Shown here: positions 39,418 to 47,879 of the stretch, piece by piece
Numbering within the stretch: position 1 is the first letter of the stretch
Layout: each line of letters starts with the position of its first letter
From: Deltaproteobacteria bacterium
GTDB lineage: Bacteria; Desulfobacterota; Desulfomonilia; UBA1062
Assembly: GCA_029547045.1 (NCBI GenBank)
Contig: JAKPQL010000022.1
Location: 6,450-70,449 of the forward strand
Direction of reading: 5' to 3'
Length of the DNA stretch: 64,000 bases
Program-made: the position numbers and the translations under genes
Notes under the pieces: generated by a model
Told to the model about the DNA's origin: nothing
Seen by the model: the letters and a program-made list of their open reading frames with translations, nothing else
Database searches by the model: none

Positions 39418-40229
39418 AACAGGCGAAGAAGTACCATATCGGTTTCTCCCGGGAGGACCTCGGGCAGACCCCTCCCGTGGCGGCGCTGCTCTGTGGAGAC
39501 CCGGACCGCACCCGCAGGATCGCGCTGCATTTCCCGGGCGTCGTCCCTGGCACGGTCCTGTCCGAGAAGCGGGGGCTCTTCAGCGGCGTGTGCAGCCTGG
39601 AGAACGGCATGCCGCTGCTGTGCGCCACCTCGGGCATGGGCGCGAGCTCCACGAGCATCGTGGTGAACGAACTCGTCCAGGTGGGCATCCGGATCATCAT
39701 CCGGGTGGGCACCACCGGATCCATACAGGATCACATCCGTGCCGGCAGCGTCCTGATCACCAAGGCCGCCCTGTGCCGCCAGGGCGCGTCCCTGGACATC
39801 GCGCCAGTGGAGTACCCGGCCGCGGCGGACCCGTTCGTCACCCTTGCCATGGTGCGCTCTGCCAGGGATCTGGGTGTCCTGGCGCACCTGGGCATCACCG
39901 CATCGGTGGATACCTTCTTCGAGGGCCAGGAGCGGACCCTGACCTCGGCCAACCCGCGCCTGCTCAGGCTTCTGCAGGGCGTCACCGAGGAGTACAGGGG
40001 CCTGAACATCGCCAACTACGAGATGGAGTGCGGCACCCTGCTCAAGATGGCCGGGGTCTATGGTTTTGCCGCAGGGTGCGTGTGCGCGGTCATAGACGAC
40101 CGCTCCACCGGGGAGGAGATCGACCTGTCCGTGAAGAGCAGGGCGGAAAACGACGCCATCCGGGTGGCTCTCGGGGCGCTGGAGGTCATGGATCTGGGTG
40201 AGGTCCTCGCCCACTGCAGGGGTTGCTAG
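39414..40229 (+). CDS. udp: PNP/UDP family nucleoside phosphorylase (uridine phosphorylase-like)
   Basis: LCGDPDR…IA and SGMGASSTSIVVNELVQVGIRIIIRVGTTGSIQ closely parallel the Udp/DeoD motifs. The start overlaps the sirtuin stop (ATGA). Confidence 0.75.
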   Translation: MKQAKKYHIGFSREDLGQTPPVAALLCGDPDRTRRIALHFPGVVPGTVLSEKRGLFSGVCSLENGMPLLCATSGMGASSTSIVVNELVQVGIRIIIRVGTTGSIQDHIRAGSVLITKAALCRQGASLDIAPVEYPAAADPFVTLAMVRSARDLGVLAHLGITASVDTFFEGQERTLTSANPRLLRLLQGVTEEYRGLNIANYEMECGTLLKMAGVYGFAAGCVCAVIDDRSTGEEIDLSVKSRAENDAIRVALGALEVMDLGEVLAHCRGC

Positions 40230-40263
40230 CAACCATGGCGAACCCTCTGCCCTGTGCAGCCCT

Positions 40264-40896
40264 TCACCGACATAACTCGGAGGTGCCGGGCACCGTCTTC
40301 GCGCGGACAAGAACGGTCTCGTGCACAGACAGGGCGCCTTTCCCCAGCAGCGCTTCCCGATTGAGGGGGGATCCGTTCAGCATGATCTGTGTGCATCCGT
40401 CCCAGAAGGAGGCCTCCTGACGGCCCAGGAATTCGACCATGTCGGGTCCGGCTACCAGGATTCCGGCCTCCAGCAGACCGGGTCCCATCTCCTCCAGGAG
40501 CAGGTTGAAGATTTTCACCCGCACCATTCCTCCGGTGCCTCCGGGTTCCGTCTCTCCCGGGTGGGTGATGGATGAGCGCAGGGCGCCGTAGTACCCGCCC
40601 CGGCGCAGGGCCGCCCCAACCAGCCCGGGCATGGCGGCGGACAGGGCCAGGGATGAACCGTTCCCCACCGCAGCTGATGCCAGGTCGTCCACGGGCTTGC
40701 CGTTGAGAAAGATGGTCTGGATCCGCTCTTCGATGAAGTCCCGTTCCAGCCCTATCTTTTCCGTGAGGAAGGTCAGCAGGGAGCACGGACGGGTTATCCT
40801 CAGGGAGAATCCGTTCTGCATCAGGAGGAAGAGATGGTGCAGGGCATCCCGGGTCATGGTGATATCGAGGCACGCTTCTGGGTGGTCTTGCATGAC
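40264..40896 (-). CDS. Hypothetical protein
   Basis: ORF convergent with udp. The start is uncertain (40896 or 40857), and no family recognised. Confidence 0.45.
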   Translation of the reverse strand, partial: VMQDHPEACLDITMTRDALHHLFLLMQNGFSLRITRPCSLLTFLTEKIGLERDFIEERIQTIFLNGKPVDDLASAAVGNGSSLALSAAMPGLVGAALRRGGYYGALRSSITHPGETEPGGTGGMVRVKIFNLLLEEMGPGLLEAGILVAGPDMVEFLGRQEASFWDGCTQIMLNGSPLNREALLGKGALSVHETVLVRAKTVPGTSELCR

Positions 40897-41093
40897 GCGC
40901 TTCCCCCTGCCTTTCCGGCCATCCCTGCGAGGGTAGTCGGCAGGGACCTGCTGTGTATGGTAGCATGAACGCGCCGGCATGTCAGCCGGGCATGACAGGG
41001 GAGGTGGGAGGAGCAGGGGGTTGAATTCGGCGGCCTGGACGGGTATCTTCTGTGAAGGTGTTTCCCCGCCATGGGGCGGCAGGGAGGGTCTTC

Positions 41094-41771
41094 ATGAACA
41101 AGATGCATGTGATCGGTCTCGTCCTCGTGGTGATCATCGGTATCGTCGCAGGGGTCCTCGTCCTCGGCCAGGGCCTTCTGAAAGACGAGCGCGACCTGGA
41201 CATCTCCGCGTTGAGGGAGCGAGCCGTACAGGGTGATGCCGACTCGCAGAACAGGCTGGGATCGGCCTTCTATTCCGGCACGGGGACAGCACGGGATCCG
41301 GCCGAGGCGCTGAAATGGTTCACCATGGCGGCAGAGCAGGGACATGCCAAGGCCCGGCACAATCTCGGGATCATGTATTACCAGGGTGTCGGGGTGGAGC
41401 AGGACCACGCCCGGGCCGCGGGGTGGTTCAGGAAGGCCGCGGACCAGGGCCTGCCCGAGGCACAGTACAACCTCGGCGTCCTGTACGCCCGGGGAGCGGG
41501 GGTGGGCAGGGATGCGGCACAGGCGGCATCCTGGTACCGAAAGGCGGCCGATGCGGGCTATGCCCCTGCCCAGTACAACCTGGGCCTGGCCTACCTGGAG
41601 GGCCAGGGAGTGCCCAGAGACCTCGTCCAGGCCCATGTGTGGCTGTCCCTGGCCGCCCGTCAGGGCATGCGCGGCGCAGTGGAGAACCTCGAGTTCACCG
41701 AAGCGCGGATGACGCCCGGTCAGGTGGAGCAGGCAAAGAAGCATGCTGCGGCCTGGAAGCCTGGATCTTAG
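41094..41771 (+). CDS. Sel1-repeat (TPR-like) protein with N-terminal TM anchor
   Basis: Five or more repeats of the Sel1 type (A…G…AQYNLG…Y..G.GV..D…A..W). Confidence 0.8.
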   Translation: MNKMHVIGLVLVVIIGIVAGVLVLGQGLLKDERDLDISALRERAVQGDADSQNRLGSAFYSGTGTARDPAEALKWFTMAAEQGHAKARHNLGIMYYQGVGVEQDHARAAGWFRKAADQGLPEAQYNLGVLYARGAGVGRDAAQAASWYRKAADAGYAPAQYNLGLAYLEGQGVPRDLVQAHVWLSLAARQGMRGAVENLEFTEARMTPGQVEQAKKHAAAWKPGS

Positions 41772-41942
41772 CCAGGTTCCCGCCCCGCATCATGGTTCCG
41801 GCATGATCCTCTCCACGCGGATACCACGGGAGAAGACCTCCCGGTGATGCAGCCTGCCGGTGAGTTTTTTCTTGCCCCCGGGTCGCGAGCTGTCCTAGGA
41901 AAGGGTTCTGGCACGGATCAACCCCTGTGAGGAAGCACGGCC

Positions 41943-42818
41943 ATGGACGACTATCTGGTTCGCGTGATTGCTGAGGACAAGAACATACTGGGCCTGGCGT
42001 GCGTCACCACACACCTCGTGGACCAGGCCAGGCAGCGCCACGGCACCTACCCCACGGCCACTGCCGCCCTCGGCAGGGCACTGACCGGCGGCGGGCTTCT
42101 GGGGGCTCTGCTGGACCCGGGCCAGCGCGTGGCCCTGAAGTTCGCAGGGAACGGACCGCTGGGCAAGATCGTCGTGGAGGCGGAGGGCGACGGCACGGTG
42201 CGGGGATACGTGGAGCAGCCCCAGGTGGACCTCCCGCCCAGGAACGGCAAGCTCGACGTGGGCGGGGCCTTGGGCCGCCAGGGGTTCCTCACCGTATCCA
42301 AGGACCTTCGGCTCAAGGAACCCTACAACGGTATCGTGAAGCTCTACACCGGCGAGATCGCATCCGACATAGCCTACTATCTCACCGAGTCCGAGCAGGT
42401 CCCCTCAGCAGTGGGCCTGGGCGTCTTCGTGGAGCCGGACGGGAGGGTGAGCTCGTCGGGTGGATTCCTCATCCAGTCCCTGCCCCCGGCGGACGAGGCC
42501 CTCATCGAGACCCTGGCCCGGCGCATCGAGGCCCTGCCGCCGGTGACCACCCAGCTCAGGGACGGCCGGAAGCCCGAGGACATCCTGTCCGCGGTGTTCG
42601 AGGGGATCGAATGCCGCACCATCGAGAAGAGGGGCATCTCGTTTTGCTGTTCATGCTCCCGGGCCAGGGTGGAGCAGGCCCTCATCACGCTGGGCAGGCG
42701 CCAGGTGGAGGAGATCATCCAGGGCAAGGAGGTGTTCGACATCACCTGCCATTTCTGCAACCGGACCCATGTCTTCACCCGGGATCACCTGAAGCGGCTT
42801 GTCAGCGAGATGCATTGA
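41943..42818 (+). CDS. hslO: Redox-regulated chaperone Hsp33
   Basis: Hsp33 N-domain and the C-terminal Zn centre CCSCS…CHFCN. Confidence 0.85.
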   Translation: MDDYLVRVIAEDKNILGLACVTTHLVDQARQRHGTYPTATAALGRALTGGGLLGALLDPGQRVALKFAGNGPLGKIVVEAEGDGTVRGYVEQPQVDLPPRNGKLDVGGALGRQGFLTVSKDLRLKEPYNGIVKLYTGEIASDIAYYLTESEQVPSAVGLGVFVEPDGRVSSSGGFLIQSLPPADEALIETLARRIEALPPVTTQLRDGRKPEDILSAVFEGIECRTIEKRGISFCCSCSRARVEQALITLGRRQVEEIIQGKEVFDITCHFCNRTHVFTRDHLKRLVSEMH

Positions 42819-43012
42819 GACCGGTCACGACAGCGGAACGAACGCCGTCCATCCCCGTGACACCACCCCTTCGATTTCTGAGAGGTTTTTGTATCTCCCC
42901 CTTGACAACAGACTGTCAGTACGAGGAAAATTCACCACGAAGAGCCGGCAACGGCTCGGCGCGGGGCCATGGGCACCTGCACTGATGATCATGCAAGGGG
43001 GAGGAGATTTCC

Positions 43013-43168
43013 ATGGGCAAGGGAGACCAACGGAGCAAACGGGGCAAGACATGGATCGGCACCTACGGGAAGTCGAGGCCCAGGCCTGCCAAGAAGGCCA
43101 GGGCCGCGCGGGCGGCAAAGGCCGTCAAGCCGGCCGCGTCCAGGGCGGCGAAGAAGGCCCCCAGATAG
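43013..43168 (+). CDS. 30S ribosomal protein bTHX (51 aa), not in the supplied ORF track
   Basis: MGKGDQRSKRGKTWIGTYGKSRPRP… closely matches the Thx signature GKGD(R/Q)R(T/S)(R/K)RGK(I/T)W(R/I)GTYGK. The RBS GGGGGAGGAG lies 8 nt upstream. Confidence 0.6.
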   Translation: MGKGDQRSKRGKTWIGTYGKSRPRPAKKARAARAAKAVKPAASRAAKKAPR

Positions 43169-43258
43169 CCTGATGCACCGGGGATGGATCCGCGCAGGAC
43201 CTGACTGCCTCGGTCCCTGCCTCGGGCAGGGTGCTGTACGGGACCTCCCAGGGGGGTC

Positions 43259-44008
43259 ATGCCAGTGTACATACCCAAGGCACAGAAAGCGTCTTATGGA
43301 AAGTGGTTTCTCTCGGACGTGATCCGCGCCATCGAGACCTACTCCCTCGTCGACAACGGCGAGGAGATCTGCGTCGCGCTCTCCGGCGGCAGGGACAGCA
43401 CGGTGCTCACCTACATCCTGTGGTACCTGAGGAGCTACTCGCACCTGGACTTCGGCCTGCGGGCTATGCACGTAAAGACCGACGAGTATGACACCTCCGT
43501 GCTGGAGCGCTTCTGTGCAGAGCTCGACATCGAATACGGCGAGGCGCGTCTCAGGGTGGACCTGCGGAGCTACCCGAGATCTCCGTGCTCCCTGTGCGCG
43601 GCGTTCAAGCGGGGCGCCATGGTGGAGTCCCTTGCAGGGACAGGGGTGAGGAAGGTGGCCTTCGGACACAATGCCGACGACGTGGCCGAGACCCTGCTCA
43701 TGAATATCGTGCACAACAGGAGGCTCGGCACCTTCACGCCCAGGGTCGAGGTCCCCGAGGGCGGCATGGTCATCGTCAGGCCCATGATCTACCTCGACGG
43801 CCCGCTCGTCAGGAGGCTCCATACCCACCTCGGGCTCCCCGTGCTCCACTATGAGTGCCCCTATGCGGGGCAAGGCGCGAGGAACGCCGCACGCGCCGCC
43901 ATTGCCCGCATGGAGGAACAGCTGGACATGAAGGAATTCTCCCGCTGCGTGGTGGGGGCCCTGGAGAACGTCGACCCCTCGCTGACGTGGAAGCAGGCCG
44001 GAGGCTGA
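43259..44008 (+). CDS. ttcA: PP-loop ATPase, TtcA-like tRNA thiolation enzyme
   Basis: The PP-loop SGGRDS and the paired Cys motifs (CSLC…, C…YECPY). Confidence 0.75.
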   Translation: MPVYIPKAQKASYGKWFLSDVIRAIETYSLVDNGEEICVALSGGRDSTVLTYILWYLRSYSHLDFGLRAMHVKTDEYDTSVLERFCAELDIEYGEARLRVDLRSYPRSPCSLCAAFKRGAMVESLAGTGVRKVAFGHNADDVAETLLMNIVHNRRLGTFTPRVEVPEGGMVIVRPMIYLDGPLVRRLHTHLGLPVLHYECPYAGQGARNAARAAIARMEEQLDMKEFSRCVVGALENVDPSLTWKQAGG

Positions 44009-44024
44009 ACGCTGCGATCGCATG

Positions 44025-44053
44025 CCAAATTCCCTTGACAGACCGGCGGGTTC
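44025..44053 (+). promoter_or_regulatory. Candidate sigma-70 promoter (TTGACA …GATTAT/TTATCA) upstream of the RHH gene
   Basis: Perfect -35 TTGACA at 44025-44030. The -10 assignment is ambiguous (spacer 15-17). Confidence 0.25.
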
Positions 44054-44113
44054 CCGATTATCACAGACCGCAATTTGCTTTTTTCGAATCCTACACAACC
44101 ATGGGGGGGTGCG

Positions 44114-44350
44114 ATGGCAGCAAGAGGAAGAAAGCCGCTCGATCTCAGGACCGGCGAAGACGCGAAGCTCATCAAGAGGAACTACTACATCGAGGAACGC
44201 CACGCCAAGGCACTGACGGTCCTCTCCGCCCTGACGGGCAAGGAGCTCTCCCTGCTCGTGAACGAGGCCATCGCGGGGCTCATCAGGAAGTATCAGCCCA
44301 AGACCGACATCAATCTCCTCGACCTGAAGTCCATCGGGAAACAGGACTGA
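44114..44350 (+). CDS. Small ribbon-helix-helix (CopG/ParG-like) DNA-binding protein
   Basis: A basic N-terminus, a predicted beta strand KRNYYIEE and two helices (HAKALTVLSALTGKELSLLVNEAIAGLI), which is the RHH pattern. Confidence 0.4.
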   Translation: MAARGRKPLDLRTGEDAKLIKRNYYIEERHAKALTVLSALTGKELSLLVNEAIAGLIRKYQPKTDINLLDLKSIGKQD

Positions 44351-44441
44351 TCCCCCGGGGCTGCCCGGCATTCTGGGCGTAACCACACCCGCGGCTCCTG
44401 CCGCGGGGTTCCACACACCTCTCCCTGCGGCGCAGGCGCGC

Positions 44442-45230
44442 CTATTTCTTCTGGGGCATGAGCATGTCCTGGATGCGGATCATGAAAGAGCCCATGGCAC
44501 CAGCGTACTCGGGTGAGCCCTCCAGCCTGATGTCGCCGTCCGCCGTGGCGCGCACCGTGTCCTTTGCCTCGGCGAGCACCTTGTACGCGCCGTCGATGCC
44601 GTTGAACTTCATGTGCACGAAGGGGGCCTTGCGCGTGTAGAGCCCCCTGCCGGACTTGGTCCTGCCGCCTTTGACCCTCAGATAGGCGGCAGGACCCTCC
44701 GGCTGGACCGACATCTGGTAGATGCGGTCCGGCTGCTTGGCGGTCCAGGCCATCATGTCTTCGTCACCGCCCTTGTTGAGCTGGCTGAGCGCGTTGGTCA
44801 CCATGTACATGATCATCTTCACCTTGAGCAGCCGTTTGGGGGGTGCCTTGGGGTGGACGTTGGGCATGAGGATGAGCAGCCCCAGGAGCAGGGTGACGAG
44901 CTTGACCAGGAGCCCGAGCTTCGACAGCCCGCGCGGCAACCCCCCGAAGACCGGGATGCCGCCGGTGAACAGGGCGTTCATCCCCTTGACGTGCTTGAAG
45001 CTCAGGAGCACGTCCGGGTTTGGGTGGATGCCCTGGACGACGTCGAGATTCCGGTCCCTGAGCTCGATGTAGGCCCCTATGTCCGTTCCCTTCACCATGA
45101 GCTGGATGACCCCGTCGAAGCGGGTGAGGAAGTGCTTGAGCAGGGAGTCGTCCTGGTCGTGAAGGACCTTGAAGAGCGGCATGATGGAACGGAGCACGAT
45201 GCGGTTGACGAGCATGTCCTTGTCTGCCAT
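44442..45230 (-). CDS. Hypothetical protein (262 aa), last gene of the TetR/transketolase operon
   Basis: ORF 10 nt downstream of the transketolase C-terminal subunit, on the same strand. No family recognised. Confidence 0.5.
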   Translation of the reverse strand: MADKDMLVNRIVLRSIMPLFKVLHDQDDSLLKHFLTRFDGVIQLMVKGTDIGAYIELRDRNLDVVQGIHPNPDVLLSFKHVKGMNALFTGGIPVFGGLPRGLSKLGLLVKLVTLLLGLLILMPNVHPKAPPKRLLKVKMIMYMVTNALSQLNKGGDEDMMAWTAKQPDRIYQMSVQPEGPAAYLRVKGGRTKSGRGLYTRKAPFVHMKFNGIDGAYKVLAEAKDTVRATADGDIRLEGSPEYAGAMGSFMIRIQDMLMPQKK

Positions 45231-45240
45231 GGCCGCCCCC

Positions 45241-46248
45241 CTATACCTCGTCTTCCCAGTCTTCGTCCTCTTCGATCTCGAGGCGCATGAGCTCGCCCAC
45301 GGTAGCCACGATGCCGTCTGAGTCGAAGCCGTAGTGGTGGTAGAGGTCCTCGGGGTAGCCCACGATGGAGAAGCAGTCGGGCACGCCGAGCTTCCGGAAG
45401 GCGCAGGCCTTGCCGCTCTCCACGATGACCTCGGCCACCGCGGTGCCCAGGCCGCCGTAGACGTTGTGGTCTTCGATGGTGACGATCCTGCGGGTCTCCT
45501 TCACCGCGGAGATGACTGCCTCACGGTCGATGGGCTTGATGGTGTGCATGTTCAGCACCCTGGCGCTCAGCCCCTGGGCCTGGAGCACCTCGGCGGCCCG
45601 CATGGCCTGGAGCACACCCACGCCGCACCCGATGAGCGTGACGTCTCTGCCGTCCCGCATGGTGATGGCCCTGCCGATGGCGAAGGGATAGTTCTGGTCC
45701 TTGTACACCGGCGGCTCGAAACCCCTGCCGATGCGCATGTACACCGGGCCCGGCCACTCGAGGGCCGCCACTAGGGCATTGCCTGTCTCGAACCCGTCGG
45801 CCGGCGCGATGACGGTCATGTTTGCGAATGACCGCATCACTGCCAGGTCCTCGGTGCAGTGGTGGGTGGAGCCAGCCTGGCCGAAGGAGATCCCCGCGTG
45901 GGTGGAGATGATCTTCACGTTCAGGTTCTGGTAGCAGATGTCGGTGCGGACCTGTTCCGCGCTCCGAAGCGAGGTGAACACCGCGAAGGTGGACACCACG
46001 GGCCTCAGGCCCGCCATGGCGAGGCCCGCGGCCATGCCGAACAGGGAGTTCTCCGCAATGCCCACGTTGATGAACCGCTCAGGGTATTTTTTCCCGAACC
46101 GGCCGATCTTGGTGGAGGTGGCCAGGTCCGCGGTGAGGGCGATGAGGTCGGGGTATGTGTCTCCGAGCTGGGAGAGGACCTCGCCGTAGATTTCCGCCTG
46201 GGTGAGCTTGTCGCCGTCGGTTACCGTCCATGTCATGCCTTCTGCCAT
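45241..46248 (-). CDS. Transketolase, C-terminal (pyrimidine-binding + C-terminal) subunit
   Basis: Split-transketolase B-subunit motifs (…FINVGIAE…, …GSTHHC…). Size 335 aa. Confidence 0.85.
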   Translation of the reverse strand: MAEGMTWTVTDGDKLTQAEIYGEVLSQLGDTYPDLIALTADLATSTKIGRFGKKYPERFINVGIAENSLFGMAAGLAMAGLRPVVSTFAVFTSLRSAEQVRTDICYQNLNVKIISTHAGISFGQAGSTHHCTEDLAVMRSFANMTVIAPADGFETGNALVAALEWPGPVYMRIGRGFEPPVYKDQNYPFAIGRAITMRDGRDVTLIGCGVGVLQAMRAAEVLQAQGLSARVLNMHTIKPIDREAVISAVKETRRIVTIEDHNVYGGLGTAVAEVIVESGKACAFRKLGVPDCFSIVGYPEDLYHHYGFDSDGIVATVGELMRLEIEEDEDWEDEV

Positions 46249-46258
46249 GATTGCCCCC

Positions 46259-47107
46259 TTACCCGAGCAGTTTGGTGTAGTGCGCGTCGATGCAGGCCAG
46301 GGCCTTGTCCCGCAGGTCCGAGTTCAGCCCCCCGTAGTGCCATTCGGGCACGTTCTCCATCATCTCCACGCACCTGCCCTTCACGGTGTTGCAGATGATG
46401 ACCGTGGGCCTGCCCTTGATGGTCCAGGCCTTCTCGATGGCGTTTCCGATGGCGGCGAAGTCGTGGCCGTCGATGACCAGCGTCTCCCAGCCGAAGGCCT
46501 GGAACTTTCTGTCCAGGGGCTCCAGGGTGGTGATGCTCTCGGTGGGGCCATCGATCATGAGCCCGTTCCGGTCCACGAAGGCGGTGAGGTTGTCCAGCCT
46601 GTGGTGGCATGCCAGGATGGCAGCCTCCCACACCGTGCCCTCGCAGAGCTCGCCGTCTCCCATCATGACGTAGGTCCTGAAGGACTTGTTCCTCAGCCTC
46701 GCTCCCAGGGCGAGTCCGGTGGCGATGGCCAGCCCGTGGCCCAGCGAACCCGTGGACGCGTCGCACCCCTTGACCTTCAGCGCGTCCAGGTGCATGCCGA
46801 AGGGGGAGCCCGTCTTGTTGAAGTCCTTCAGGAGCGCCTTGTCGAAGTACCCCTTGTCGCCCAGGACCGAAGCCCAGCCGATGCCGCCGTGGCCCTTGCT
46901 CAGGATGAACCGGTCCCGGTCCTCCCAGTCGGGACGCTTCGGGTCGACGTTCAGGTATTTGTAGTAGAGCGCCACCAGCACGTCGGTCTGCGAGAGCGAG
47001 CCCCCGATGTGGGAACCGCCACAGGTGAAGGTGGTCTCCACGATGGTCCTCCGGATGTCCCACGCCTTCTTCTGCAAGCCCTTGATCTCTTCAGCTGATA
47101 CTGACAT
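46259..47107 (-). CDS. Transketolase, N-terminal (TPP-binding) subunit
   Basis: The TPP motif …GGSHIGGSLS…ILSKGHG…GSLGHGL. Size 282 aa. Confidence 0.85.
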   Translation of the reverse strand: MSVSAEEIKGLQKKAWDIRRTIVETTFTCGGSHIGGSLSQTDVLVALYYKYLNVDPKRPDWEDRDRFILSKGHGGIGWASVLGDKGYFDKALLKDFNKTGSPFGMHLDALKVKGCDASTGSLGHGLAIATGLALGARLRNKSFRTYVMMGDGELCEGTVWEAAILACHHRLDNLTAFVDRNGLMIDGPTESITTLEPLDRKFQAFGWETLVIDGHDFAAIGNAIEKAWTIKGRPTVIICNTVKGRCVEMMENVPEWHYGGLNSDLRDKALACIDAHYTKLLG

Positions 47108-47824
47108 TCAAACCCCCTTTTGCCGGACAGAGCGGGTCGCGCCCGGCAGTGTCGTTTCGTCCGTGCCGAACATCCTCTTGCACACCAGGACCGTCTCTCT
47201 GATGAAGCGCTCCGGGTTCACGCGTCCTTCGAGGAAGGTCTCCTGCCTGATCTTCAGGTAGGCCGATACCTGGGAGAAGACGAACATCATGAGGTGGTTG
47301 TCCAGGAAGAGGATGGCGATGTCCTGGTCCAGGTCGCGGCGGATGAAGCCGTCACGGATGCCGTCCGCCACGATCTTCTTGAGGTGCGTGTGCCCCACCT
47401 CCTCGATGGTGCGGGCATACGTGGCCGCCAGGTCGTCCATGCTCGGCGACAGGAGGGAGAGGTAGAGCTGGAGGACCTGGGGGTTGTCCAGCGCATGGGC
47501 GAGCGCGTTCGTGAACACGGCCCTGATCTTCTCGAAGGGGTTTCCGGGCGAGCCGCTGACCGCGGCATAGGTGTCGTTGAGGAAGTCGATGCCCAGCTGG
47601 AGGGTCTCGAGGAAGAGCTCCTGCTTGCTGGAGAAGTATTTGTACATGGCACCGACCGAAATGCCGGCCCTCTCGGCAATGGTGTTGATGTTGGCCTTGT
47701 GGAAGCCCTTGGATGCGAATTCGTGCATGGCGGTATCGAGGATCAGGCGCTGCTTCTCTGCAGGTATCCGCTGGAAGGTCCCCCTCGACATAGCAACCCC
47801 GCTGGAGAGCGAATACTCACTCAC
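47108..47824 (-). CDS. TetR/AcrR family transcriptional regulator
   Basis: TetR HTH …FASKGFHKANINTIAERAGISVGAMYKYF. The start may be 47791. The stop abuts the transketolase start. Confidence 0.8.
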   Translation of the reverse strand: MSEYSLSSGVAMSRGTFQRIPAEKQRLILDTAMHEFASKGFHKANINTIAERAGISVGAMYKYFSSKQELFLETLQLGIDFLNDTYAAVSGSPGNPFEKIRAVFTNALAHALDNPQVLQLYLSLLSPSMDDLAATYARTIEEVGHTHLKKIVADGIRDGFIRRDLDQDIAILFLDNHLMMFVFSQVSAYLKIRQETFLEGRVNPERFIRETVLVCKRMFGTDETTLPGATRSVRQKGV

Positions 47825-47879
47825 TACTTGAACTCAAGGATAGTGTCAAGGGGCAGGGAGGTGCGGACGGGAGCGTCAC

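Noticed and set aside
38214-40310. 698-aa minus-strand ORF opposite the lipoprotein, cobB and udp genes
   Set aside because: Antisense artefact. The plus-strand sirtuin and Udp motifs are unambiguous.
41772-41942. Possible sigma-54 site TGGCACggatcAACCC upstream of hslO
   Set aside because: It has the -24 GG but lacks the -12 TTGC element, so it is not a match.
44004-44011. GCGATCGC (HIP1-like palindrome)
   Set aside because: It is a single occurrence, and an 8-bp palindrome is expected by chance in GC-rich DNA. There are no other copies in the window.
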